From a virus (lineage: Duplodnaviria > Caudoviricetes): a stretch of DNA of 63,607 nucleotides. Below are positions 1 through 10,653 of the stretch, one piece after another. Below the pieces are notes generated by a model, which was not told the DNA's origin, searched no databases, and saw nothing but the letters and a program-made list of their open reading frames with translations. A program made the position numbers and the translations under genes. Numbering within the stretch: the first letter of the stretch is position 1; every line of letters starts with the position of its first letter. The stretch lies in the IMG/VR virus record IMGVR_UViG_3300043172_000883, positions 1-63,607 of that record. One strand, given 5' to 3'.

Positions 1-127
1 ATATTTGTCATCATCAAATGGTGGAGTTGTATTATGCAACTAATCGTGGTATCATGGAAAGTCCATTTGAGGCGTGTTTCAAATGTTGGAAATTAAGGAG
101 AATTGAAGAATGACTAGACAAGACGAA
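1..127. repeat. Terminal direct repeat (copy 1), identical to 63481-63607; circular-assembly overlap
   Basis: ATATTTGTCATCATC...CTAGACAAGACGAA is identical at both ends; 127 nt matches a common assembler k-mer length. Confidence 0.95.
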
Positions 128-256
128 TATGAAGGACTGCTCAGAGAGCTGAACGAGGAAATAATTAGAGAATTGAAACTTTATAACAGGTTTCGTTTGA
201 CTGAATTGCATAATACTTACAAATCAGTGATAGAAGCATGGAGGAATGACAAATGA
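110..256 (+). CDS. Small hypothetical protein (48 aa, MTRQDEYEGLLRELNEE...), not in the ORF track
   Basis: ATG overlaps the stop of the preceding ORF (63294-63593 across the junction), AAGGAG upstream, and its stop overlaps the ATG of ORF 253. Confidence 0.6.
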   Translation: MTRQDEYEGLLRELNEEIIRELKLYNRFRLTELHNTYKSVIEAWRNDK

Positions 257-504
257 GTTATACCTTTCCAGAAGGTCATGCAGTTTGCACTTCAGGTCAT
301 TGTGGAACTTGTTCAGAATGTAAGCCAAAACAATTGATACCGACCAGTTGGGAACGTGGAGTGGGATGTAGTTTTCCAGGTTGTGAGGATAAGGAAGTGC
401 CACATGTTCACCGTGGCAAGTATCCAGAAATAGTGAAACCACTGGAGTACCATGCGAGTGATCTGTTGCCAGATGCGGCGAAATTTAGGGGCTTGGCAAA
501 ATGA
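253..504 (+). CDS. Cys/His-rich hypothetical protein
   Basis: GGAGG RBS, ATGA coupling, Cys/His clusters. Confidence 0.6.
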   Translation: MSYTFPEGHAVCTSGHCGTCSECKPKQLIPTSWERGVGCSFPGCEDKEVPHVHRGKYPEIVKPLEYHASDLLPDAAKFRGLAK

Positions 505-818
505 GTGACCTGTTTATCCACTTTGTATATGGGTTTATTCGAGGCATGATGACAAAGGAAGATAAGGACCTTCGTGCAGGACTACTTGAATTAGAGGAGA
601 TTATCAAGGGATATATTGACAAGGAGAAAGGAAAATGAGAAGGCAAATTTTACTGGCGATTCATTATTTGAGGCATATTTGGCATAATAGGATCCATCCA
701 GACAAATTGACTGTTTCAGGTTGTCATTTTTGTGAGGAGAGTTGGATGGAATTTGGAGAATCTGAAGAATCGCTAAAAGAAACATGTTCAATATGCCAAC
801 TAGAGCATAAGGAGGAAT

Positions 819-1031
819 ATGAAAATGAGTAAGAAACAATTATCGATAAGAATAAATGAGGACTTGCATAACAAGATGAAGGAGTTATGTGGTCCAGAGA
901 AGGAATATAATAGCGTCAGTCATTTTGTGGTGCATAAAATAGCTGAGTATGTTAAGAAGAAGGAGCTTGGTGAGAAGTGGTGGAATTCACTGACAGACGA
1001 GCAGAAATCGAAGGTGCTGGAAGATGAATAA
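819..1031 (+). CDS. Ribbon-helix-helix DNA-binding protein
   Basis: KKQLSIRINEDLHNKMKEL...SVSHFV matches the RHH pattern (alternating beta strand, helix, S-x-S helix). Confidence 0.75.
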   Translation: MKMSKKQLSIRINEDLHNKMKELCGPEKEYNSVSHFVVHKIAEYVKKKELGEKWWNSLTDEQKSKVLEDE

Positions 1032-1219
1032 AGATAAATTCGCTCATATTCTAGTGCCTGTCCCATCTGGTGGTGCATTAGCTGAGAACGCAGAGATCCC
1101 CTTAAATCTTGGTAGATTATGCTTGCAAGATTCTAAATTCAAATATGCTTATGGAAGGTGGGAAACTGATGTTTTACCAAAGTGCAAGGAATGTGAGGAG
1201 TGGTTTGGGGTGAATCCAG

Positions 1220-1468
1220 ATGAGTGAAATGAGCGAGGCTGAATGGATTTCCACGCAGCATCAGATATTTATGCTGGCTGGTTTGATAGATAAATTACAA
1301 TTAAAAGAATTCATTCGTATTTGTCGTGTTGGTGATGCTTTTGGTCCATTTGTGGATCCCACGCTTTATAGGGAAAAGAGCAAGGATATTGAGCGAGTGT
1401 TGAATATGGCGTTGGCAATACAAGAATTACAGACAAAAAGCCGACGTATTATGGAGGTTAAATCATGA
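1220..1468 (+). CDS. Hypothetical protein
   Basis: Translationally coupled ORF in a dense + strand operon. Confidence 0.6.
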   Translation: MSEMSEAEWISTQHQIFMLAGLIDKLQLKEFIRICRVGDAFGPFVDPTLYREKSKDIERVLNMALAIQELQTKSRRIMEVKS

Positions 1469-1815
1469 GTGGTGACAGGGATATGATCTCTTGGATGAGA
1501 GATTTGGAATTCGATATAATTATCAGACCACCTCCAGTACTACGAACTTGTATGTGTGGTAATATAGCAGTAAATAACCTTTTCTGCGAGAGATGCCAAA
1601 AAATAGAACCAGTATTTGATAATCAACTGATGACCCTCGATGATGCGAATGAACAGATAGTTAAAATACAAAATAGGTATTCAGCCCCCAGGGATCCTAT
1701 ACCACCACGTATCATATTTGATCCTGGGTTTTCTAAACTGAAAGCATTGTTGAAAGGAGTTACTCTGGGAGTTGGATTGCTAATAGTAATAATTGTGTTG
1801 AGGTCGATTCCATGA
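1465..1815 (+). CDS. Zn-finger protein with C-terminal transmembrane helix
   Basis: CMCG...CERC and a hydrophobic C-terminus (GVTLGVGLLIVIIVL). Confidence 0.6.
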   Translation: MSGDRDMISWMRDLEFDIIIRPPPVLRTCMCGNIAVNNLFCERCQKIEPVFDNQLMTLDDANEQIVKIQNRYSAPRDPIPPRIIFDPGFSKLKALLKGVTLGVGLLIVIIVLRSIP

Positions 1816-2670
1816 GTTTTGATGAGATAGGAAAATCTATTGCTAGAGTATTAGTTCGTTATATACAACATTATCCGTTTACGATAATAGGTATGAAAGA
1901 AAACAGCTATCAGATACTAGAAGTCAAAATAAAATGTAAACAATGCGACGAAGAAATGAGATTTCCATTAGTAGCTGAAAATTTTGATACTGACAGTCCC
2001 TTTCTTACTGGTATGACCATTACCAATTGTTATTATTCGAACCACTACAAGCATCAGGAGAAAGAACCATGAAACTCTTTAGAAGATATAAAGGGGATAA
2101 GACAGAGGTTGAGAAACTCCTTCTTGGAACTGGTAGGATAACTTACCGATATATGAGTGAGGAAATTTTGGAAAATGATATGATCTGGGAACCAAAGTTC
2201 TTTGTTGGATTTATGACTTTTATATTTTTATGGGGCGTGGCTATTGGAGTGGTGGCGATGCTGCAATGAGTTACATCAAACAATTTTGTGATGAATGCGA
2301 GACATCGCTTGAATGTTTCGAGAAGGAAGGAGATACGATTACAGATCAGAAAATTGTGTTGATCTGTATGGACTGCTATATGCAAAAGGAGAACGGAAAA
2401 TGAAGTTATTTAGTCATTTATTTCATCTTATGTTTTTCCATCATTGGTTCTCTCCTTTTAATTCTGGAGATCCCATGAGAATGGTATATTGTCGGAAGTG
2501 TTATGAAAAAAGAACAAAGCATAAGCCAATAGAATCTGTGAAACAAATGATGAAAGAATATTACCCAGGAATTAAAAGAGACAAAAATGATATTCCTATC
2601 CTAGATGCGACAGGGAATGTTCAATTTGATCAAGAATGGCTTGAAAAACATAAAAAGGAGTATGAGAAAA

Positions 2671-2913
2671 ATGAGTGAAGATAAGGTCTTAAGAGATGAT
2701 AATACTTTGGCATTTAATAATTTTGAATCAATTGATCGAGTAACAGTATATAGTTATCGAGTAGATTATTCTAGATTTAGATTATTTTGGAGAATCTATT
2801 ATAGGGTTTGGAGAATTTATCATAGAATAAGAGAGAAAGAGGAAATACTAGGCATTGATCGTTCGCCTAATGAGAATTGGAGCGATTCGTATAGGATAAG
2901 GAATTTAGAATGA
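2671..2913 (+). CDS. Small protein derived from a major capsid protein fragment
   Basis: LRDDNTLAFNNFESIDRVTV and EEILGIDRSPNENWSDSY align with this genome's capsid segments LTQDADTLAGVNLESIDRLTI and EDIFGIDRSAVSWADPY; start at 2671 inferred from the GGAG RBS and coupling. Confidence 0.75.
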   Translation: MSEDKVLRDDNTLAFNNFESIDRVTVYSYRVDYSRFRLFWRIYYRVWRIYHRIREKEEILGIDRSPNENWSDSYRIRNLE

Positions 2914-3314
2914 GTGAAAAAGCAAACTGCCCGCATTGCGGGGAAGAATATACCAAACGAGGTATGAATAGGCACATCAGCGCATGTAAGAAGAAACTGG
3001 CATTTCCAGAATTTCATAAAGGTGGAATTGTCAAGAAAGAGAATAAGATCATAGTTGTGGGAACTCCAGGACCAGGTGAGGATATTTTGAAACGGGAATT
3101 TATATCTGAGGAATTATCGGCACTTTCCCATGAGCCATCAATTGCAATTGAATTCAAAAGGGAATTTATGGAAGAACCAGTGAGTGATAAGATGAAAACG
3201 CCTTCCCAAAAAGAACCTTCAAGAATGGCAACAATTGATGATCAAGGACCTAAGAAACTGAGCTGGTGGTATCTATTTTCTGGAAAGTTCAAATTCAGGA
3301 GAAAGAAGCAATGA
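2910..3314 (+). CDS. C2HC Zn-finger protein with a tape-measure-like FHxGGxV motif
   Basis: CPHC...H...C at the N-terminus; FHKGGIV...GPGEDIL. Confidence 0.6.
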   Translation: MSEKANCPHCGEEYTKRGMNRHISACKKKLAFPEFHKGGIVKKENKIIVVGTPGPGEDILKREFISEELSALSHEPSIAIEFKREFMEEPVSDKMKTPSQKEPSRMATIDDQGPKKLSWWYLFSGKFKFRRKKQ

Positions 3315-3703
3315 TGTCTGACAATATTGAAAGATTGACCCCCATCGTTGCAAGAGATGAATTAAAACTGATGGAGTTAAAGGAACGGAAAGATCAGTTT
3401 TCCCTAATACATAACATATTGGTCGAATTTTTGAGATGGATAATGCTCATTGCATTCATATGTATTATTTCAAGCATTATTAGCCTCCCATTTATCATAT
3501 TTTTCCCTTTTATTTGGAAAGCTTCAGTTTTTATGCTTATATTCTCAATATTGGCATTGTTGTTGGCTGGAGCTTTGGTGGGCGTAACTGGTAGATGGAA
3601 AACAGAACTTCAAATTAGGGAGATTAGAAAACAATTGAGCACGAATCGCCAATTATTGGAGTTCTTGATTAAGTTGGAGGATAAGAAAAATGCCAGTACT
3701 TGA
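3266..3703 (+). CDS. Membrane protein (2 TM); true start probably ~3311
   Basis: Two long hydrophobic segments. Confidence 0.65.
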   Translation: MVSIFWKVQIQEKEAMMSDNIERLTPIVARDELKLMELKERKDQFSLIHNILVEFLRWIMLIAFICIISSIISLPFIIFFPFIWKASVFMLIFSILALLLAGALVGVTGRWKTELQIREIRKQLSTNRQLLEFLIKLEDKKNAST

Positions 3704-5106
3704 TGTTAAGAAACAGTTCAAGCCATATTTCGATAGGGACAGGCCAGAACCATATCCCTACAAGGATCCCAGTAATTGCAGTCATAGCAGATTACGCAAG
3801 GACAGACATCTATTCAATACTATTAAACGAGCATGTCCAGATTGTGGATCCAGGTTCAGATTTGTCAGCCAAAGTTCTCGATTGAAGGGGCTATTTGCAT
3901 GAGCCACAATACCATTGACGATATGGATTTTGCTACAGATGGAGAGCATCACGCCATCGATATGGCCATTAATCTTGATGTTCGTTGTACGAAGTGTGAT
4001 AATCGGTATCCCATTGAAGAGGGATCCTGGGATGAGGATGGATATCACATCAAGATCAAGCCACATATCTGTGTCTGGATAGATGATGAATTGGAAGAGA
4101 AAATTGATAAGATTAAAGAGGAGCTACTTAAATGACTGGTTTACATACAATAGATTTAGGGCTTCAAGATATCGAATTGGATGTTGATGATTGTAGATTA
4201 ATTTTTAAATCCATATCTCTTGGTGGTGTGAATATTAATAAATTATATGTTACTATTTGTAAAGAGGATATGATTAAATTGGTTGAACAAGTACTTACGG
4301 AGCTGAAAAAATGACTTACGGTTACGAGGATTGGGTTGAACTCGATTGTTTAATTGAGCATATGGGTAATCATATATTCCATGAGGACATATACGAACTG
4401 GAAAAACATGAATTTGAGAAGTTCCAGAAAGCCAGGGATTTTATCAAAACAGCACTAAAAATTCATACTGGTGCTAAATTGGTGTACAGTGAGGTTAGCA
4501 AAACATATTATATCGCAAATATGTGGTATCATCACCGCGAAACTGATCTTATTGTTGCGATTTCCAAACGAGAGGCCACAGAGGAAGAGGTTAAAAAATA
4601 TGCTAGTGCCAATTTGAAGAGGACCACCAGCCAGATAAGGGATTAACATGAGCAAACTAATACATATTGTTGACGATGAGATGTTAAGCTGTGAGGATTT
4701 CGATAAAGAAATTGACGATTATGTAAGTAATGATTGCAGCTTCAAATTACAATTCCAGAATCTATGCGAGAAATGTAGAGAAAGGGAGGCAAGCCAATGA
4801 GTAGCAATAAAAAAATAACATTTTATTTTGCAAAGGATTCAGCTCATTGTGGATCATGTGGTGAACCGATTGATGGACATCATGGAAAAATGGTAAGTTG
4901 TGATAGAATTTGGAGGAAACCACCGATGCAAAAAAATGATGCTATTACCTTTGCCAAGAAATATCTTGAAGTTAGAAAAGTTGAACAAATGCACCCTATA
5001 AATATCCCTGTACATTATAAAACCCCAAACCAACTAAATGAGAAATTAGAACATGTTTGGAATGTAGCTGTGGAATATATATTATTGGACATCATTCCTT
5101 ATTTGT

Positions 5107-5337
5107 ATGGGGAGGCATTGGACTAATATGACCAAACGAGATCAAATATTGCATATTTTGAGAGATGGTCCAGTAAAACATCAAGATTTGATGGGAAAAA
5201 TGGGGATTCGAGCCTTTTATACCGTGTTTTTCATCGATAAACTGCTAGAAGAGGGCAAAATCAAGAAAATTGTGCAACCACTGGATTTACACACAATTTA
5301 CTATGAATTGGTGAAAAAGGATGATAAAGGGCGATAA
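5107..5337 (+). CDS. Winged-helix DNA-binding protein
   Basis: RDQILHILRDGPVKHQDL...IDKLLEEGKI...YYEL wHTH pattern. Confidence 0.65.
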   Translation: MGRHWTNMTKRDQILHILRDGPVKHQDLMGKMGIRAFYTVFFIDKLLEEGKIKKIVQPLDLHTIYYELVKKDDKGR

Positions 5338-6103
5338 TATAGTGATTTATAACCAATCTAGCGAGGATATGAGTGCTATTGATGATGAATCCGTGCATTT
5401 AATCATTGGTAGCCCTCCATATAAGGTAGGCATTGATTATGAGGGCTATGATGACAATCCTTCATGGTCTAGTTATACTATGATTATGCACACGGTACTG
5501 ACAGAATGTTATCGTGTTCTCGTTCCTGGAGGTCGCATTGCTATAGTGGTGGCTAATCTTGGTCGTAAACCATATATACCGCTTAGCGATTTGTTTCGTG
5601 AGTTGCTTGATGGTGCTGGATTTACCAATATGGGAGAGATTATTTGGAGAAAATTCAAAACTAGTAATTCAACCGCATGGGGATCCTATATGAAGGCATC
5701 TCGACCCATGATTCGTGATGTACATGAATATATTGTACTTGCCACGAAGGGGACCGACCCCATGAATATATATGACAAAAGCGATATTACTAAAGAAGAG
5801 TGGGCGCACTGGACCACCAGCATATGGGATATACAACCAGAAACTGGCAAGCAGAAAAAAGGGGTTCATCCAGCACCATTTCCAAAGGAGTTGCCAAAAC
5901 GATTGATCAAATTATTTACACATAAAGGCCATACAGTACTGGATCCATTTGCAGGAAGTGGGACCACGCTTTGGGTTGCAAGGGATCTCTTGCGAAATGG
6001 TATTGGATTCGAGATCAGCGAGAAATATTATGAGAAGATGCGTACCCCCGCAGGAGTGCAAAGACTTGAGAAATTCTGGAGTGGTTGGTTTGAGAAGATC
6101 TAG
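5321..6103 (+). CDS. Beta-class amino-DNA methyltransferase (probably N4-cytosine)
   Basis: Motif IV SPPY near the N-terminus, HPAPFP, motif I VLDPFAGSGTT near the C-terminus. Confidence 0.92.
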   Translation: MIKGDNIVIYNQSSEDMSAIDDESVHLIIGSPPYKVGIDYEGYDDNPSWSSYTMIMHTVLTECYRVLVPGGRIAIVVANLGRKPYIPLSDLFRELLDGAGFTNMGEIIWRKFKTSNSTAWGSYMKASRPMIRDVHEYIVLATKGTDPMNIYDKSDITKEEWAHWTTSIWDIQPETGKQKKGVHPAPFPKELPKRLIKLFTHKGHTVLDPFAGSGTTLWVARDLLRNGIGFEISEKYYEKMRTPAGVQRLEKFWSGWFEKI

Positions 6104-6371
6104 ATCGATACGTGGCGATGTTCGTAGATATCGCGAACAAAAAACAGATGATGATAGTGCTGCTAATACATATGAGATTATTACTCCCAGGAAACAAGGC
6201 AAAACCGCATTTGTAACTAATATTCAAGGAGCAACTATTAATGTGACCGCATCGAACGTGGCTGATTTAATGGATCAGTCTAGAGAAGGATGGATATGCG
6301 ATGACAAACAACAGAAGAAGGAAGAGAAAATGCGTAAGTATGTAGAGAAGATGAAGGGGATGAGGAAATGA
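5949..6371 (+). CDS. Hypothetical protein with a terminase-type Walker A-like peptide; true start probably ~6080-6090
   Basis: YEIITPRKQGKTAF; stop coupled to ORF 6368. Confidence 0.45.
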   Translation: MQEVGPRFGLQGISCEMVLDSRSARNIMRRCVPPQECKDLRNSGVVGLRRSRSIRGDVRRYREQKTDDDSAANTYEIITPRKQGKTAFVTNIQGATINVTASNVADLMDQSREGWICDDKQQKKEEKMRKYVEKMKGMRK

Positions 6372-7404
6372 CAAGAAAAGAAAAACCAATATTTTTTACT
6401 AATGATGAGTTACTTATGGTATACAGCGTAATATCTACCACAGCGAAAAATATGCCCATTTCCACTCCAGAACAGCTCAATATAGCATCTGCATCATTAA
6501 AAATTGAACATGAATGTTTCAAAAGAGAATTATCAAGGGGTGTAGGAAAATGATTAAGCGAGTAAGATGCCCCATGTGTAATTATAAAATTACTGATTGT
6601 AAAGAACTGGTTGCTGTATTTGCCTATAAATGTGAGAACACTGCCAAATGCGGGGTATCCTTCTGGATATTCAAGGAGACTAAGAAATGAGCGATAGGAC
6701 CGTATCACACTTTAAAATCGAAGTTAATGAAGAAAGCATGATAATCGGTGTTGAATCAAAAATAGGTGGTGGTGAGAATATAATGATTGGCAAACAATTT
6801 CATAGCATGCCAGATAAAACTTTGGCTGCACTTATCGAAATCAATCTTAATCGATTAATCGCTGATGGTTTGATTCATGTTGAGATAACTGAGAGAGGTA
6901 AGATGGTCATTGATGAGATCACTCGGGTCGATTTTATCAAAGATGCGGAGGATTTCAAATGAAAAGAAATATTGAAGATATTGAAAAATTAAGACAATTT
7001 CTGTGGGACAATTATAATGTTTCAATGTCTAATTATGGAGTACATCAATTAGATAGATATATTTCTATGTTCGTAGAATGGAAAGTAAAGAAGGTGTTTG
7101 ATTAATGAAAAAGAAGAAAATGATTGAGATCAAACAAAAAAATTGCCCCGACTGCGGTTTTGAGATGTCTATGCACATGTTCGATGATGACACAAAACAA
7201 GTATGGTGTGGACCATTATCTACCTGGAAAAAGACGGTTTGGTGTCTCAGTCTTGGACTGATTGATCTTGTTACAATCCCCATAGAAAAAGAAAACAAAG
7301 AAAAATTTAATTTACAAGAATGGATTACCGAAAATCCGGTTAAATTTAATTACATACTGGTTGGCTTGTTATTTATACTAATTGTTGTATTATTTTTGAT
7401 ATAA

Positions 7405-8952
7405 TTGGCACTTTTCAGTCCTCCAGATCAGGAATTAATTTTCGAACCAAATAGTCCACTATCCTTGGCAGCACATCGACAAGCGGCATTTACTCATCTT
7501 CCATATTATCAGAAACATGTTTTGGGTATCGGTATTGCTGATTTCCATGAGGAATGGAATAATCTAGCTATGAACAATCCATATGTGGGTATAATATGCT
7601 CGCGTGGACATATCAAATCAACCTGGTCTCAAAGTCTCAATGCCCAGGAGATGTTGAGCACTCCAGAATTGATCCCGAAAAGTCAGAAACTTTTTCGACA
7701 CTATGAGAATATGACTGTGTGTTATGCCAACGATCAGACAAAAAGATGGCATGAGAATCTTAAATCCATGTTGGAATTCAGTTTTGAGAATCTGGACCTT
7801 GGTTACGAATTTATCAAGGATAATAAACTGGAATTACAACTACGTGGTCGAGCAACCAATGGAAGGGAGAATAAAAGCCAGAGTTTTGGAAAAGGAATGA
7901 CTGGCAATATCCGTATGTCTCATCCCAGTAGGGTCACATGCGATGATATTTTGAATGAACAGATGAGCATCAGTTTTGAAGAAGCTGAACGTAAATTCCG
8001 AGGATCCGTATTGGGGACCATGGTCCCAGGGACACAACTTACCGTGGTAGGAACTATTCTACGTGAGGGTGACATCCTGGATAAAATTAAAAACAAAGAA
8101 ATCGGTGGTCGATTATTCAAAGTAGGTTTCTATCCTGCGATATTGAATAATGAAAAATATGAACTTGGTCTGGAAGAACCACGCGTTTTATGGGAGCACA
8201 AACGACCATTCAGCTATCTTATGGATCAGAAGGATTTACTTGGTGAAATGGTATTTGAGATAGAATTCCTGCTCAATCCAATAAGCGATAAGCTGGCATT
8301 GATACCAAGGCATGTGATGGATACTTGCAAAGATACTAGTCTTATCCTTGGTCGTGGTGCTGCAGAGGGTGCAAAAATTGTCGGTGGTATTGATTTACAG
8401 ATCAGTCCAAGCGATGATGCCGATTGGACCGTTATTGTTTCACTTGAGGTATTGAAAGACAAGTGGAGATTTCTTAATATTCGTAGATTCAGAGGGCTGC
8501 GTTACGATGCACAGTTAAAACAAGTTGATGATGAGTATGGGACCTATAACCACGAATTGATAATTTGCGAGACAAATCAATTCCAAAAAATGTTTGCTCA
8601 GATGCTTGCTGATATGTATGAATATATTCCCATCGAAGAACAAACCACTCATCGATATAATAAACACGATGCCCAAACTGGGATTCCAAGTCTGGCTCAG
8701 TTGTACAGTAAGGGTAAATTGGTAATCCCATGGGGACATAAAGATATTCACACTCCAGAACAAATCAAACATACGCGGGAGATGATGCAAATAGTGATTA
8801 ATGAGGCCGCAAGTTGGCAATATGATAAGGATAAAGGTAAATTTGTATCGCGTGGTAGACATGATGATACGACAATTGGAACCTGGGAGGCAAGTTTAGC
8901 TGCCAGGAAAATAGAAGCTGGTTTCTCTATGAAGATGTTTGGGTCGGTGTGA
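7405..8952 (+). CDS. terL: Terminase large subunit
   Basis: Walker A variant SRGHIKST, Walker B VTCDD, coupling motif VVGT, RNase H-like nuclease GGIDL...D and C-terminal HDD. Confidence 0.92.
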   Translation: MALFSPPDQELIFEPNSPLSLAAHRQAAFTHLPYYQKHVLGIGIADFHEEWNNLAMNNPYVGIICSRGHIKSTWSQSLNAQEMLSTPELIPKSQKLFRHYENMTVCYANDQTKRWHENLKSMLEFSFENLDLGYEFIKDNKLELQLRGRATNGRENKSQSFGKGMTGNIRMSHPSRVTCDDILNEQMSISFEEAERKFRGSVLGTMVPGTQLTVVGTILREGDILDKIKNKEIGGRLFKVGFYPAILNNEKYELGLEEPRVLWEHKRPFSYLMDQKDLLGEMVFEIEFLLNPISDKLALIPRHVMDTCKDTSLILGRGAAEGAKIVGGIDLQISPSDDADWTVIVSLEVLKDKWRFLNIRRFRGLRYDAQLKQVDDEYGTYNHELIICETNQFQKMFAQMLADMYEYIPIEEQTTHRYNKHDAQTGIPSLAQLYSKGKLVIPWGHKDIHTPEQIKHTREMMQIVINEAASWQYDKDKGKFVSRGRHDDTTIGTWEASLAARKIEAGFSMKMFGSV

Positions 8953-9166
8953 ATATAGCAATCAATTTGCCAAGTAATTTTCGAATGATAATGTTGGCAG
9001 CCATGAGAAGTTCAAGAATTTCTTTGAAATCCACTTTTCCATCATCTGCTTTTTTCTCGGCAATCAATATGGTAAATCCACGTAGTTCTTTGATGATCCA
9101 GGCTGATAGTGGAATTAAAACCACATAACCAAAAATCAACCAATATGCTAGGGTTTGATAATTCAT
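8927..9166 (-). CDS. Small membrane protein, holin-like
   Basis: N-terminal TM helix followed by DDGKVDFKEILELL. Confidence 0.45.
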   Translation of the reverse strand: MNYQTLAYWLIFGYVVLIPLSAWIIKELRGFTILIAEKKADDGKVDFKEILELLMAANIIIRKLLGKLIAIFTPTQTSS

Positions 9167-9185
9167 GCTAGTAATATGTATGTTA

Positions 9186-9195
9186 ATTTATATAC
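9186..9195 (+). promoter_or_regulatory. Archaeal TATA box ATTTATATAC (recurrent motif)
   Basis: Same 10-mer at 19783, 26555 and 57673, with variants at 9716 and 10113, each upstream of + strand ORFs. Confidence 0.55.
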
Positions 9196-9260
9196 TAAAA
9201 TAGGGCATACCCACATAATATGACCATATATTTTTTAAGTCTAAAAACGAATATATATTC

Positions 9261-9557
9261 ATGGCAAAAGTAGAAATCTCATGCTTGGATGAATTCGAAG
9301 CTGAATTTAAGGATGCCCTGGTATTACTGGACACTCTTGAAGAGAGTAAAAAAGTAAAAGATGCCAAGAAATATTTGTCAAGTCTTATGTGGCACATGCA
9401 CGGGAAAACACAAAGACACAGCCATGATGGATGGGGACCAGCCAAGTATATGAAAATATGGCTTAAAAGAGTACGTAAGATTCCAGAAATGCAAACTTTT
9501 GTAGATAGCGTCCTAGAAAGGATGCCAATTAAAATAATAATAAGGTCGCTGATTTAA
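9261..9557 (+). CDS. Hypothetical protein
   Basis: 98 aa ORF downstream of a TATA-like element. Confidence 0.55.
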   Translation: MAKVEISCLDEFEAEFKDALVLLDTLEESKKVKDAKKYLSSLMWHMHGKTQRHSHDGWGPAKYMKIWLKRVRKIPEMQTFVDSVLERMPIKIIIRSLI

Positions 9558-9576
9558 TGTATAGGATTTGGTATAC

Positions 9577-9723
9577 ATGGTAGGAATGAAAAGACCTCGA
9601 TGCGTGATATGTGAGAATCTAATGAATATAATGCTTATTCGTACAGTAAACGATACTGGAAGCCAGATCTACAAAAGTGTTAACCATTGGTATTGTAAAC
9701 ATTGCAAGGAAATCCGTATATAA
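9577..9723 (+). CDS. Small Zn-ribbon protein (48 aa), not in the ORF track
   Basis: MVGMKRPRCVICEN...HWYCKHCKEIRI; similar layout to ORF 42859-43047. Confidence 0.6.
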   Translation: MVGMKRPRCVICENLMNIMLIRTVNDTGSQIYKSVNHWYCKHCKEIRI

Positions 9724-10079
9724 ACTTAGAAAATATTGTATATGAAATGGTAGACCAGATTACTGCGGGCGATGCTTTTCCACTTTTAACAGTAACTCTC
9801 AAAGATAAAGATGGAAGTGTAATTGATCTTACAGACGCGGTGGTTACTGTCTACGTGCGTTTTGAAGGGGAAACAACTGATCATTTTGAGCGTGTGGCAA
9901 CGAAAAAAACCCCACCTGGAGTAGATGGAATAATAGAATGGGAATTCGAAGTTACTGATTTCACAGGGGATCAGGCCAAACTTGGATTTATCAAATGGTG
10001 GCCACAGGCTGTTTGGAATACCACGGATCCGCTGACCTTTAGTAAGCTGTTCTACGAAGTTGTAGCCGAGGACGATTGA
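9702..10079 (+). CDS. BppU-like Ig-fold virion protein; start probably ~9747
   Basis: GDAFPLLTVTLKDKDGSVIDLTDAVV...GIIEW resembles the BppU N-terminal pattern. Confidence 0.6.
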   Translation: MQGNPYINLENIVYEMVDQITAGDAFPLLTVTLKDKDGSVIDLTDAVVTVYVRFEGETTDHFERVATKKTPPGVDGIIEWEFEVTDFTGDQAKLGFIKWWPQAVWNTTDPLTFSKLFYEVVAEDD

Positions 10080-10174
10080 TTGTATATTAAATAATTTACA
10101 TAGGAATTAGCCATTTATAAACTTGCGAAGTAATTATTTATAACAACCAAAAAGAAAGTTTATACGGTGATACT

Positions 10175-10648
10175 ATGAAAGAAGAAGAAAGAAAATTAAT
10201 TATAAAAGCCCAATTGTCAGCAAAACATATTCGTGATGGTAAAGTAATAAAAGACTACGGCGTTGTCTGTAAGAAAGTAGTAACAGATGTTTTTGTTGCC
10301 TACCTAGTAGATGCAATGCAGGACAGTACAACCTACCCAATGGATGTATTCAAATACCATGATAGTGGTACAGGTTCTACGGGTCCAATTCCAGGGGATA
10401 CTACACTAGAAACACCCTGTGCAGAATCAAGAGATACAGGCACACTCGACGAGGGTGCAACAGCTAACATCTTTAAGACTGTTGCCACACACACCTATGC
10501 AGGTGGATTTGCTATCACTGAGCACGGAGTATTCTCTGAAGCTACAGGTGCAACATTGCTGGACAGATCAACATTCTCAGCTATTAATGTTGTGGCAAGT
10601 GATAAGATCGAATTTACCTATGAGTTGACTGTAACCGCTGGTGGTTAG
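10175..10648 (+). CDS. Putative tail/baseplate-associated structural protein
   Basis: GTG...DTTLE and ITEHGVF...LLDR...KIEFTYELT; same pattern as the C-terminus of ORF 30517-32106 (GDGTT...DTALE...FNELGI). Confidence 0.6.
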   Translation: MKEEERKLIIKAQLSAKHIRDGKVIKDYGVVCKKVVTDVFVAYLVDAMQDSTTYPMDVFKYHDSGTGSTGPIPGDTTLETPCAESRDTGTLDEGATANIFKTVATHTYAGGFAITEHGVFSEATGATLLDRSTFSAINVVASDKIEFTYELTVTAGG

Positions 10649-10653
10649 TATAA

